Assembly (NCBI RefSeq): GCF_026571515.1
Contig: NW_026861463.1
Span: 434,001-498,000, forward strand
Reading direction: 5' to 3'
Source: Ruditapes philippinarum
Taxonomy: Eukaryota
DNA: 64,000 nt
Shown: one piece after another, positions 1 to 13,620 of the stretch
How positions within the stretch are numbered: position 1 is the stretch's first letter
Layout of the letters: each line of letters opens with the position of its first letter
Program-made: the position numbers and the translations under genes
Notes under the pieces: model-generated
The model's input: the letters and a program-made list of their open reading frames with translations, nothing else
The model's database searches: none
What the model was told of the DNA's origin: nothing

Positions 1-7
1 TTTTCTT

Positions 8-982
8 TTTATTTTATGCTTAAAAACGAGTAAAAACGAAATTTCCATAATATTAACGTTAGCATTAAAATCTGTTTTCCCCATTAAGAGCCCCATTTAG
101 TCGGAATTTCTCATTAAATACAAGAAGTCTTGAGCTGAAAAAATTAGTTCGACAATCAACGTTAAATGACGGTGATATTATTCATTTTATTAAAAAAATA
201 TGAAAGATCACTTGTTTTAATAATAAAAACAAACAATTTTTGTAGGAGATAAAGTCCAACCATCCATCCATACATGTATTTCCATTTGTTAAATGTAAAC
301 GGCAGCCATTTTTTTAAAGTTGTGTATTTCACGGGAAGAAAATAATTGTGTTTTATTCAGAGGGATATCATTTGGATTTGTTATTCATACACCTTTTTAA
401 AAGAAAGAAAACTTATTTGAAGATTGTAACAGACAAAAAATAAGTGTTGACAGATGTGAAATCATTCAAAAAGCAGCAAGAAAAAATGGAAAACTTCAAA
501 GGCTGTCTCAGGAACGCTGGGTTGTTTACTTATTCTACGGGCTATGGGTGTCATGCTTTTCAAGTTTTCATAAAGCATGCGGCAGTTATTGCTCGTAGGA
601 TACTTTAATATGCCCAAATGTCATAAAGAGCAGTTTAGCATGTGGAAGGAATGTATTATTTTTCAGACTGTAAAAATGAAATTAAAAATTTAGAGACGAA
701 ATTTGGTGATTGGAATTTGAATGAATAAGTGTAAGTTTTCTTCTTTTTATTACTTTTGACATTTAAGTTATTTATCAATTTCAGCTTTGCTTTTATTTAA
801 ACAGCCTTACATTGTCAGAATTGTCAGCAAAAATAAAATTGAGGTACCACATGGGGAAAATCTTAAAAATGTAGTTTTGTCATTGAAAAGTCTGAAATTA
901 TATTTTGATAATTTTCACTGTGAAATTATCAAATATAATTTTCACGGATAAATCAGTAATCCACTGAAAAGCATAAAATAAA
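8..982. mobile_element. Putative non-autonomous DNA element (Crypton-like end architecture)
   Basis: 14-bp inverted ends TTTATTTTATGCTT (8-21) and AAGCATAAAATAAA (969-982), plus a subterminal hairpin at ~895-945 (gaaattatattttgataattttcactgtgaaattatcaaatataattttc). No ORF. Confidence 0.45.
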
Positions 983-1068
983 TCTTACTTTTTACATTTC
1001 TGATACCAATTAGTTTTATTAAACCTATTAATATATACAACCGTAAAAAGTTAATCAAGTTAGGCAAA

Positions 1069-1516
1069 CCAAAATTGTGTTGTACTGAAAAACGACCAAA
1101 CTGGTTTTCCGAAATGGCCGATTTAAACGGCTAAATTTAAGTGTTGTTTATGTTTTTCTTTTCCAATTCGTTTAAGTTGAATTGTTTTATTGAAAATCGA
1201 TCCCTGTAGTTCCGTATATGATTGTTGAAGGCTTTCAATGATCTAAGCTGTTATAATATAAGATAAATTTTCATTAAACTCTGAGAATTTTTTCACCTGA
1301 CGAAGTGAACGACGATTTGTTGAATACTGAACTTCAAAACCATGCAAATGTTTTACACTAGAACAGCCACGTTTCCCACACCCACACCTGCTCAGTAATT
1401 ATTTAATTGTCTTTTAGAACATAAATAAAACATATACTAACTATTAGCCGTTTAAATCGACCTTCCGCTTATCTCGGAAATACTGTTTGCTCGTTTGTTG
1501 TACACCCCAATTTTGG
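1069..1516. mobile_element. MITE with imperfect terminal inverted repeats
   Basis: ccaaaatt..gtac..aaacgaccaaac..ttccga..cgatttaaacggctaa is mirrored by ttagccgtttaaatcga..tcggaaa..gtttgctcgttt..gtac..aattttgg. Confidence 0.55.
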
Positions 1517-2564
1517 AGTGATGCGTTAGTTTGTCGGGAATGTTATTCAAAGTCCCATTTATTGAACGGAATGGCACGTTTGCGTTTTTTGGCACCAGTT
1601 ATGGAAATATCTGACGTAATGAAAAAACTATAGAAAATGACGAATTTGAATAGTAAGTATTGGCTATCCCCTACACTTAAGTTAGAAATATTTATTTCAC
1701 TGTCGCTTCGTACTTCTTAATATACTTTAAACGTGATATTATTTTCATTTCTGAAATAGATATAGAAATAGATATGGTCCATATTTGTCCTAAATACATA
1801 CACAATTACCATAACAAATTTCATCTCGACTGTACGGAGAACATTGAGACAATCTAACCTGTGCATGGGCATTTCAGCGGGGGTAACATTTTGTGTCAAG
1901 CAATGTGTATATTGGAGGAATTCAGTCAGACACATGGCATTGGGTCGTCAGAGCTGCAGGTGACTGTCAAAGACCAATAATTCTAGCAATGGTTTTGACC
2001 GAATAATAGTGCTTTGTTAGCATAGACAATAAGTCATTCTAATGTCGAGTACTAGATCAATCTCCACAATTATTGGAAAATATCTGGGAAAATATGTCTT
2101 TAAGATATATAATATAGTAATTAAATACCACAGTTAAAGTTTTATGTTATATTTATAACTCTTCACCTTGTTTAAAATAAATGCAAGGCCAGGTTAAAGC
2201 TTGTTTTCGTGATATATACACAACTACTGGAGGCATTCACTTGTCTATAGGTCACAAGACACACATCTCTTTCGTGGATTTTGAATGAATTATAGGTCTT
2301 GTGAATTTTATGAATAAGAAAATTTATGGTCAAAGATTTGTGTTAGATCTATCTTCACTACTGCAAAGGTATTCATTTGATGCTTTTGATTATAATATAG
2401 CAACGATGTCCAAGACTGAAAATAAAAGCATTTATAACAATTTGTTCTATTTTTGGTAAATTACTACATTTTATGTACCGATGTTTTACTATCAAGCACT
2501 GAGAAGCGCCGAGCACACTGTTCTAGTCATTAAGTATACAATGAACTATTTTACATCTTCAGAT

Positions 2565-5500
2565 ATGGCTGAATCAGACTACAAAACATTACACATGGAA
2601 GACACAAAACACTGTACTCCCTGCAAAACCAAAGATAAGGAGACAAAACCTGAGTTCTACTGCACTGATTGTGAGGCTTACTACTGCGAGGATTGTTTTG
2701 AGCTGCATCTAAGGGTACCTTACCTTGCCAAGCATATTGTCTTGAAACATGATGACATTGACATCTGGTCAAGAGATCAGTATAAGTGTACTTCACATGG
2801 CAAAAACCTTGAATTCTTCTGTAAAGAACATACGATGTTATGTTGTCATGTTTGCATATCGCTAAAGCATAGGTAATATCATTTTAGTAATATGTTTATT
2901 GAAACTTCCAAAAACGTTATTGCGATACACCTAAATATATTTCAAATTTGACCACTCTGGGACGAACCATTTCTTTAAGATTATAAATGCAACAGTTTTC
3001 AGCATATTCTTTAGTAACTGTTGTAGAATAAATATTTACTAATGAACAATTAAACTTATTGAATTACGATGAACGCCTTAACACATTGTTTTCCTTATGT
3101 CATGTAATTATAGAGTTAATATCTTGACCAAAAAACTGACTCATTAAAAGCACATAATTCTTAAAGACTTTCTCGCGATATTATTACATGCCGTAAGAAT
3201 TTCAATTGAATCAAAAGCATTTGTCATTTGTAGCTTTCCTACAAATTTGATTTCTGTCGTTTAAAAGCAGTATATGTAATATTGTTTTCATCTCCTTTTC
3301 TCTTCGGTGATAACCACTCGTATGTTCTTCAGAAAACCTGTGAACAAATGTCGTCTGAACATGACCTTTACAGACAAATGACCTTTATTTTGGGTTGTTT
3401 TCTATTTCATAAATGAAGGGTTGGTAAATGGTTAGCTTTAATTATAGGGTGATCTTTGACTTACATAGTTTTATAACTAGACTCAGCTACAAATGGTATT
3501 GCAGTCTAGTATTTAATCAGGATGATCGATGTTTAATGTTGAGGGGATATTTTACTGCAACACATTCAATTGTTTACTACATCCAGAGTGAATTTTGTCC
3601 ACATGCCAGTCTATCTTTGACACGCCCCTATAAGACAGGGCCATCAGTGACTGATCGGTATTTTAGCCAAATCATGAAGAAAATCGATAACATTGTACTT
3701 AACAACATATAACAAATGGCTTGAACATAGATTTTTATGAAGGCTACAATTACATATCAGTTAGCATTCACTGTATTACAATTTTTGTATCTATCTTTGA
3801 CCCTAAGACATACGTCACTGTCGCAAACATTTCAACATTAGTGTGAGGATGTATTGTAGAATCAAAGGTTTCAGAATAAAAGAAACATATAGAATAAGTC
3901 ATCATCACTGCAAGTATATGCACTTAGTTTATTTTTGAAAACTAAATTTGGCTTTTAAAACCACACTGATATAATGGATGGTCAAAATATCGCCAAATAT
4001 TGCTTATCCGCTTAAGAAGAATCTAAAACAAGAATGAAATATAATCGTTGTAATTCTAATACATTTACCACGAATAATGATTTGTTTTTCAATCCACTTT
4101 CAATGCCAAATTGAAACATACGTTACAGAAACTTGTATGACCAGCATATTTTAAAGAAATTTAATATCCAATGGGAAATTCGGATCTCTTAAGAAAACAT
4201 GCATAACAGCAACTAATCTTTGATTCTCTTTAACATGACAGCAACTAATCTTTAATTCTACTTTAAATAGAAAATTTTGATAACTTCTATCGAGTTTTTA
4301 AGTTATTTAAGTAACCAAAATGAAACAAACGTTACTGTTATATAAGGCTTAATAATGTTCAAACAAGAAATAAATAAAAAAACATATGAAATTGCATTTT
4401 TGTGCATTAGAAAGATGTACATTTAATCCGTATGCAAGAGTCGATGTTACGTATAAGTTTGAATGTATTGGTAGATTCCATAAAATAACATATGTTATTG
4501 CAACTTAAAATTTAACAATACAGAAAATTAACATTCCTGTTAGTAATGGTAACCTTGTTTAAAGATTAAAAAGATACAAAAATGGTCTAGCAAAAGAAAA
4601 GAATATGCAATAAAAGTTGATGTACCACTAGAAATGTTTAAAAAGCTGTTGAAGTTCTAAACTTTTTTCTTTTTCCCAAAACCCTAAATAATTGTATTTT
4701 ATTCTATATAGTTTGATGTTTATTCAGGGAAAAAACGTAGAAGGTTTTATATCTTTTTTACATCTTGGTCTTAAATGGTTTCAAGTTGAAAGTAAAATGA
4801 CTCAACGTTTGGTATGCTTTATCATGAAGCCAACTAATAATTCTCCAATTCCAAAAGTATTACATGTACATGGCTTTGTAACATAAGATAGTTGCAAAAC
4901 TCACATTTTTTCTAGTGTTACTCTCGACTGGTAACCCTTCTGGCAGATTTTTGTAGATTTTTACCACATTATAAGTCATTTATATAACGTTTATGTTAAG
5001 AAAGAAATATATGTCATAAGCGTCATCCAAAATAAGAAAGAAGTCATTCCCGGCAATTAAATAATTTTGTTTTAAAGAACAGAACTGCTGTAGTCATGTA
5101 ACCTAAAATGTGCACTCAACACATACATGTTTTTAAAAGTATACAAAAACGAGGAAAACTTACTCATTTGTCTCTATATTGTATTATTCTTACGCATTTA
5201 ATTGGTTTCTCCAATTTCTTTTTATATATTTATTTCAATTATTTCAAACTCGATTTTAAAGCGATTAAGAATGATATACTCAATTTTAGGTCATGTACCG
5301 ACATGGAATATATCTTAGAATCGGCAATGCAAAATAATTTGGAAGACGACGTAAAAGACATGATGAGACAAATCGAAGAGCAACTCCGTATTATCGAATC
5401 TTGCGCCGATAAAGTAAGGGAAAAAACAGAAAGTAACCAAACGTCAAGGTCCGGGTACATAAAGGAACTAGAATCATTTCGCAGTAGAATAAACGAAATG

Positions 5501-5896
5501 TTTGATTCGCTTATAGAGAAATCATTTGAAGAGGTGAAGGAGAAGTTCGATCAAAATGACTATTATTCCGATAACGTAAGACAAACATTAACTCGATTTG
5601 AAGGCAAACTAAAAGAGTTTGAGCAACTACTCAAATCAACTGCTGTTGGGAAAGAACCTCTTGTTTATATAAGTCTAAAAAGGGCTGAAATTCTTGTTGC
5701 AGAATTTTCAAGGGAGTTATCAAAACTCGATTTTTCATCCGATAAAGAAAAATATAAACCAGTCATTGATGATACAATTGAAGGCTACGTGAAAAATATA
5801 AAACAAATAGCGGTCATAGAAGATGAAAGAATGATACAAGAACGTGTTGCAAGTGAAAGCCTTTCAGAAAAAGATGACACATGTTCATCCGAAGAG
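2565..5896 (+). CDS. B-box zinc-finger / coiled-coil protein (TRIM-like, no RING); first two coding exons, 3' end uncertain
   Basis: Exons 2565-2872 and 5290-5896 join in frame (AG|gtaat ... ttttag|G), giving 305 aa. Two B-boxes (CxxC..FYCTDC..YCEDC..H..H and CTSHGKNLEFFCKEH..CCHVC..HRSC) are followed by heptad-rich coiled coil. A phase-0 donor follows 5896. Confidence 0.85.
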
Positions 5897-6910
5897 GTAA
5901 ATAATCTTTAACCAAGTAGGGTAAACACTTTTGTTTAAAATAATTCCAAAACAATAATGATTTATGAGTGTTTATCTTTGTATCTCCTTCTTTGCTTGAA
6001 TTAAAAGTGTTTTAATTACCTTTACCATAAATATAGAGCCAGTCTAATATGAACATTCAAGCAAAGTTAACCCTAAAGTTGTTATTTATAGGAAACGAAG
6101 TTTTTCCATTCAGTTTAGTGTGAGAAATCATATTTAAGTACCTTTATGTAAAAATATATATCGTTGATTGATTCTTCATTAGAACCACCCTACAAAAGTA
6201 AATTTTAATTTACAATGAAGCTTTTTGTGTATTATAGAACTCTTAAATTTGAAAAATAAGATGCATATAAATTTATTGAAGCGAAAGTTAGTCGAACGAT
6301 GTAAACGTATGGCTTCTATAATTATTTGTGAAAACCTCATACTTAGCAAAGCAAAGTGATATATAGTAAGAATCAGTTTTTCTGTTTGTCCTTTCTTGTC
6401 TGAAGCCATGTAGGCGGTAATTTTCATCAATTTAATAATATATGGTATGAATAGTTGCTTGTACCAAAAATTTTTTTAAAGGATTTGATCAGTCCTCAAC
6501 ATTTATTGAAATTATTTAAAAAATATACTTAACATCAATTCAGAAGACGAGTGTTGCAAGCAAGGTCTGTCGCTCACAAATCTTAATCAGGCAGATCAAA
6601 ATTAAATACACATGCTAGTTGTTGCTGGTAAATTCCTCATTTACGCAATGGTTTTGCCACTAGCAGCTGTGCTAATATATTATACTAAGTGGATAATTTC
6701 TTAATGTAGTAAAGTATTATAAAGCAATTTTGTTAATGTAGTAAAGTATTAAAGAAATTTTGATTGTATAGTATCGGCATTTTGCTTCAAGAACACAAAG
6801 GAGGAGATGGAAGGTCAGAAAAATATATTTCCTGGGGACTAATTTTAGAGATCTGTTGAGGTCATTTTTTGTAAACTAAACAATATGGCAAAGGTAAAAA
6901 TAGATTTTTT

Positions 6911-9900
6911 TAGACTCCACTTCAAAATAAAGTTATTCAGTAAAATATGGGTAGACGGATTTTCCAAACTACACTCCAAAATAAAGTTATTCAGTAAAAT
7001 ATTGGTATATCGATTTTCCAGTTACCAAATCTAAACGACTTTATCAAGATATCATATACATAACTTAAAAAATTACAGTGTATTATATGGAAAATTTAAA
7101 TCTTTAATTGAAATGATTTAGTAATTTGTGTAATGACATAACATAATTTCCTATAAATGTTATTGATATTGAATTACTATTGGTCATTTTCTACTTTATT
7201 TACAATTATATTATTTATAGTATGTGTAAAAAAACAGCCTCATCTTTATTCCCTTACAGCTTCATCTTTATTCCCTTCATAGCGTTTATTAAGATGTGTC
7301 TGAGATCTTTTATGATTTCAAATAAATATCCACTGACAAGTTGCATATATTTTCATTCAGTGAAACAAACTCTGTTATTTTGTGTGTTCATACCGTACTA
7401 GGTCTTCATTGTTAACAAGATTTCAAGATTAAATACATCTTTATTTTTAGGAGGTGCAACCATCATTTTCAAATTCGAGGCGCGTCACAGTAAGTTGTAA
7501 AACATATCTTTTTCAAGATGCATTTCAAAAGCTGAAATTAAGGTACCAAGTATTGAGACAATTGACGATACCTTTTTCCGGATTGTATTTCCAAGATCAA
7601 GGCAAGAAACAAGCTAGGTCACAATAAACACGCAATCTAAATATCGCTGAATAATTTCTCGTATGTGAGGCCATCATCTTAATCACTTGCAACTCTCTAC
7701 AGTTATTTGATCTAAGACCAATAATGAGTCTGTAATATGTGCATAAAATTTTCTTTAAAATGTGTATGGGTTTTAGATTTCATTTAAGCTTTGGGAAAAT
7801 ATGAAAATAATTGAGTCACACACTTGCTAAATAGCATGCACAAATGTAAGTCTAAGTTTAGTTCATGTGAATCACTGTTCAAGTACGGCTTCTATTTGTT
7901 TTAGACTCCACTTTAAAATAAAGGTATTCTGTAAAATATGAGTAAATGGATTTTCCAGTTACCAAATCTAAACTACTTTATCAAGATATCATATACTTAA
8001 CTTCCTATAGATGTTATTAATATTGAATTACTATTTGTCATTTTCTATTTTATTTACAATAAATTATTTATAGTATGTGTAAAAACAGCCGTACCTTTAT
8101 TCCCTTACAGCTTCATCTTTATTCCCTTCATAGCGTTGATTAAGATGTGGTTGAATTCTTTTATGATTTCAAATAAATATCCACTGACATGTTGTATATA
8201 TTTTCATTCAGTGAAACAGACTCTGTTATTTTGTGTGTCCATATCGTACTAGGTCTTCATTGTTTACAAGATTTCAAGATTAATTACAACTTTATTTTCA
8301 GGAAGTGCAACCATCATTTTCAAGTTCGAGGTTCCTCTCAGTAAGTTTTAAAACATATCTTTTGAAAGATGCATTTCAAAAGCTGCAATTAAGGTACCAA
8401 TTACTGAGAAAACCTCTTTTCGAATTGTATTTCCAAGATCAAGGCAATAAACAAGCTAGGCGACAATAAACACGCAATCTAAATATCGCTGAAAAAATAT
8501 CAAATGTGAGACCGTCATCTAAATCACTTGTCAACTCTCTACAGTTATTTGATCTAAGACAAATAATGAGTCTGTAGTATGTGCCTAAATTTTTCTTTAA
8601 AATGTGTATGGGTTTTAGATTTCATTTAAGCTTTTTGAAAATATAAAAATGATTGTGTCACACACTTGACTAGATAGCATGCACAAATGTAAGTCTAAGT
8701 TTAGTTCATGTGAAACACAGTTCAAGTACGGCTTCTATTTGTTTTAGACTCCACTTTAAAATAAAGGTATTCAGTAAAATATGAGTAAATGGATTTTCAA
8801 AAGTTACTAAATCTAAACGACTTTATCAAAATATCGTATACATAACTTAAAAAATAACAGTGTATGGAAAAATTTTAATCTTTAATTGGAATGAATTAGT
8901 AATTTGTGTAATGACATAACATAATTTCCTATAGATGTTATTGATATTGAATTACTATTTTTCATTTTCTATTTTATTTACAATTAAATTATTTATAGTA
9001 TGCGTAAAAAACAGCCGTATCTTTATCCCCTTACAGCTTCATCTTTATTCCCTTTATAGCTTTGATTAAGATGTGGCTGAGATCTTTTATGATTTCAAAG
9101 AAATATCCACTGACAAGTTTCATATATTTTCATTCAGTGAAACAAACTCTGTTATTTTGTGTGTCCATACCGTACTTGGTCTTCATTGTTAACAAGATTT
9201 AAAGATTAATTACAACTTTATTTTTAGGAGGTGCAATCATTTTCAAATTCGAGGCGCGTCACAGTAAGTTGTAAAACATATCTTTTTCAAGATGTATTTC
9301 AAAAGCTGAAATTAAGGTACAAAGTAATTAGACAATTGACGATACCTCTTATCGAGTTGTATTTCCAAGATCAAGGCAAGAAACAAGCTATTATGACAAT
9401 TAACACGCAATCTAAATATCGCTGAAAAATTTCTCGTATGTGAGGCCATCATCTTTATCATTTGCAACTCTCTACAGTTATTTGATCTAAGACAAATAAT
9501 GAGTCTGTAATATGTGCATAAAATTTTCTTTAAAGTGTGTATGGGTTTTAGATTTCATTTAGGCTTTGGGAAAATATGAAAATAATTGAGTCACACACTT
9601 GCTAAATAGCATGCACAAATGTAAGTCTAAGTTTAGTTCATGTGAATCACTGTTCAAGTACGGCTTCTATTTGTTTTAGACTCCACTTTAAAATAAAGGT
9701 ATTCTGTAAAGTATGAGTAAATGGATTTTCCAGTTACCAAATCTAAACTACTTTATCAAGATATCATATACTTAACTTCCTATAGATGTTATTAATATTG
9801 AATTACTATTTGTCATTTTCTATTTTATTTACAATAAATTATTTATAGTATGTGTAAAAACAGCCGTACCTTTATTCCCTTACAGCTTCGTCTTTCTTCC

Positions 9901-10532
9901 CTTCATAGCGTTTATTAAGATGTGGTTGAATTCTTTTATGATTTCAAATAAATATCCGATGACATGTTGAATATACTTTCATTCAGTGAAACAAACTCTG
10001 TTATTTTGTGTGTCCATACCGTACTAGGTCTTCATTGTTTACAAGATTTCAAGATTATTTACAATTTTATTTTCAGGAGGTGCAACCGTCATTTTCAAGT
10101 TCGGAGCTCCTCACAGTAAGTTGTAAAACATATCTTTTTCAAGATGCATTTCCAAAGCTGAAATTAAGGTACCAAGTATTGAGACAATTGACGATACCCC
10201 TTTCCGAATTGTATTTCCAAGATCAAGGCAAGAAACAAGCTAGGCGAACAATAGACACGCAATCTTAACTAATATTGCTGTAAAATTTATCGTATGTTAG
10301 GCCGTAATCTTAATCACTTGCCAACCCTCTACAGTTTTTTGATCTATGACAAATAATGAGTCTGTAGTATGTGCATAAAATTTTCTTTAAAATGTGTAAT
10401 GGGTTTTAGATTTCATTTAAGCTTTGGGAAAATATGAAAATGATTGAGTCACACACTTGCTAAATAGCATGTACAAATATTAGTCTAAGCTTAGTTGATG
10501 TGAATCACTGTTCAAGTATGGTTTCTATTTGT
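6911..10532 (+). repeat. Tandem repeat of four ~0.85-1.0 kb units with A-B-A-B higher-order structure
   Basis: Units begin tagactccactt at 6911, 7902, 8745 and 9677. Units 1 and 3 share an ~80-bp block (ataacttaaaaa...acataatttc) missing from units 2 and 4. Confidence 0.95.
7451..10115 (+). CDS. Candidate symmetric (phase 0-0) micro-exons of the B-box gene, one per repeat unit
   Basis: 7451-7489 EVQPSFSNSRRVT, 8302-8340 EVQPSFSSSRFLS, 9228-9263 EVQSFSNSRRVT, 10077-10115 EVQPSFSSSELLT. Each is flanked by a T-rich (t/c)AG and a consensus GTAAGT. Confidence 0.6.
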
Positions 10533-11629
10533 AAATATTTGTGGAAACCATGTACTAAACAAATTGACACATGATATACGAATCTGTCCTTCTGTCTGTT
10601 CTTTCTGATTAGATAAAATGCCAAAATAAGCCATATAGGCGATACTGCTTGTAAGTAGTTTGATTTAATTAAGCGGATTATCGAATTATGTTGTTTGTAT
10701 AAAAATATGAACAGCGAGCAAGGTTCGGGTCCATAGCTCAAAATTCAAGATCAGGCACAAGGTCAAAATTTAATACACAGGCTAATTGTTGCTGTTAAAT
10801 TTTTCATGTACGCCCTATTGTGCTTCTTTTTTATTTTATTCATTTTTTATTCTACTAGCGACTGTGTTTTCAATATGTTGAAGCGAAAGATTTCTTAATA
10901 TAAAAAGGAATATGAAAAACAATGTAGTAAAGCAATCTTCATTGTTTATTATTTCATTTTGATTCTAGAGAAAACAGATGAAGAATATGAGGAAAGAAAA
11001 GATGAGAAGTAGTAAAAGTGATTCCTAAAAGAACGCCGAATACGACAAAATTGAAAATGTTCCAGGCTCGGTTTGATTTAGCCTGTTCCTGGACGGTACT
11101 GGAAAATGCAAGCTATTGTCCACGCCCCCTAGCACATGGCAATGATGAAATTGTGTTCATACGGCGTTTATCATGGAATTGTCAATTTGACACGTTAGAA
11201 AGCGGTGTGTGGTCCCCAATTAAAAATATGATTTAGAGAATATTTTATTGAGTTGTAAAGTCAAATGTTTAGAAACAAAGCATGATGTAGGAATGAATAA
11301 ATCCTGAAAAAAAAAACTAAATCAAAAATTCATAATAAAGTTTTTCAGTGCCATCAGTGGCACAGTATTGACAGCTGGATATTCTAGTTATCAAAATGCA
11401 AACGACTTTATCAAATAAGGCATGTTTATATATAACAAATTATTTATAGATATTTAGTATATATATGTAAATTCAAGTCTTTATTGGAAATAAAAGTGTT
11501 GATATAACAGTATTTCCAGCAGATGATAATGATATTGAAGTACTTTTGTTTAATGTTCTATTCTATTATCTTTATATCATTATGTTTAGTATACTTTATG
11601 TTTGTTTCAATAAATGTCCACAAAACCGT

Positions 11630-12170
11630 CTTCTCTGAAATTATAAAGGCTAGAGCTTAGATAGTTTGCATGACACATCATGTGGTAGATATCTAACAAG
11701 TTTCTTCAAATAATAACCCTTGGGTCAAAATTTTCCCCAAACAAGGGGAAAATGTGTTTTCCCTATATTTTATAGTAAATTCTTTAAAAAAAAACTTCCC
11801 TAAAGCTTTTAAGGTTAGAGCATAGATATTTGGCATGATAAATTACTCTACCAGGCTTGTTCAAATAATAGATTTGGGGTAAAAGTAGCCCTGTCCATGG
11901 AGACATGGGATTTCCATATGTGTATATGTAGCATTCTTTAAAATAAAATCTCTTTAAGAACTACAATGACTAAATCTTAGATATTTGGCATAAAACATTG
12001 TGTGATAGACCGTTACCAAATTTGTTCAAATTATAATCCTTGGATCAAAATTGGACCTGCACGGGGGTCAAGGGTTTACCTTATAATGTGGATAAAGTAA
12101 AACTTTTTTAATCTCCTCTTCAACCTCTACTACTTGAATTTGTCTCATATAAGAGCACAGCTTTTGCTTA
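11630..12170. mobile_element. Degenerate element with ~170-bp internal tandem units (Helentron/HINE-type)
   Basis: Three recurrences of agatatttggcat..ctacca..ttgttcaaat.ataa..gggtcaaaa-like motifs. Confidence 0.45.
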
Positions 12171-13620
12171 ACAAAGCCTCGCACAAAATAAAACAATAAA
12201 TCGTTACTCGAATGATAGATCACAATTTTAATAAATATTATTGTTATTGAAGAACTATTAGTTTATAGCCTGCTTCATTCAATCTACAAATAATAATAGT
12301 TATTGTTTCTCAATAGAAACAGTTCTATTTTAAACTATTCAGAAATTCGGCATTTTACAAATAAAATATATATTTGATATGTTTCATGTTCTTTGAATTA
12401 ATGTGCACGGTTTTTGTGGTTTTAGATATTTCTTATTGATAAATATAATCAGTATTTTGTTGTTGTTGATGTGTTATTTTATTTTATTTTAGTTTCGTTT
12501 TTTTACACTTATACAGATACATGTTATGTAGCTGCATAGTATTTAATGTTGTTCTTTTGTTGGGTTTGTTTCTTAAATTTTATTTTGATCGGTTGTTGTT
12601 TACTTTTTTCTTTCTGTATGGTGCCAGCGTATCTGTTATCCAGACTTAATTTTATGTCTGTGATAACATCGTCATCAAATAGAAAACATTAAGGAGCACT
12701 CCACACTAAAGTTCAAGTTCCTGCCGTCAATAAATCTGATATTTCTGACCCCAAAATACACAAACTGGAAAAAGAAAACACATTTTGTTGAGCACATATA
12801 TGTTATAACATTGCAAAAATATAATGAAATTTAACCCATCTACATTAGTGTTCTGTGGTTCGCTCTAGCAAAAAATTCCTGCAGATATTGGTGCTACAGC
12901 AACACTGTTTACGCTTAAGCAAAATATTACAAAGAAACAGGTGGTTCGCCTTCCGACTATTTTGCTATTATTAAATGTTTGTACCCCCCCCCCCCCCCGA
13001 CAAATGTATTGATTTTACCGAGCATGCATCACAAAACATTGTTTACAAAACCATGGTGTCCTTGACATTTAAAATCAACTTAATGTAATTTCTGGCCATG
13101 TATTCGAATTTGTATTAGAGGTCCCAAAAACAAATTGGACTTTATAGAGTGTCACAACCAATCATTTAAATCCACAATAGTCACACATATCCAATAAATT
13201 CTCCAAGGCCAATCGAAGATGTGGCTATATTTGGTGTGGTGTGCTACCTTAATTTCACTTTCTGTAAGGTCGAATGGCAATTGATAAGATAATGTATCAC
13301 ATTGGTGGAAATGTGACATGCACGCATTACATATGCATTACTTTGCATTACAAACGAAAATATTCAAGTCTACTCTAAGTTATATTTCAGTTTACATTTC
13401 ACCCATAATACAGTAATTTTGGGATGAATTAAAGCGTTAAGTACCAAAAAAGTGAAAATGATATTTATGACAGATATATAAAATTAGCGGGACTAATCTA
13501 ATATTCGACGACCAAATTTCCTCTGTTCAATGTATCATTAGATGAATTTTTTATCAGTAATTTAAATTGAAACAGCAGGGTGTTAAAGATAAAATTTTAT
13601 TATCCATGTATTACATAATA

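Noticed and set aside
1717-1980. 72-aa minus ORF and slightly GC-richer patch
   Set aside because: No recognisable motif in the frames examined and no convincing splice context
9231-10268. 64-aa and 86-aa ORFs in repeat units 3 and 4
   Set aside because: Read-through past the GTAAGT donor; the frame is not preserved in all units
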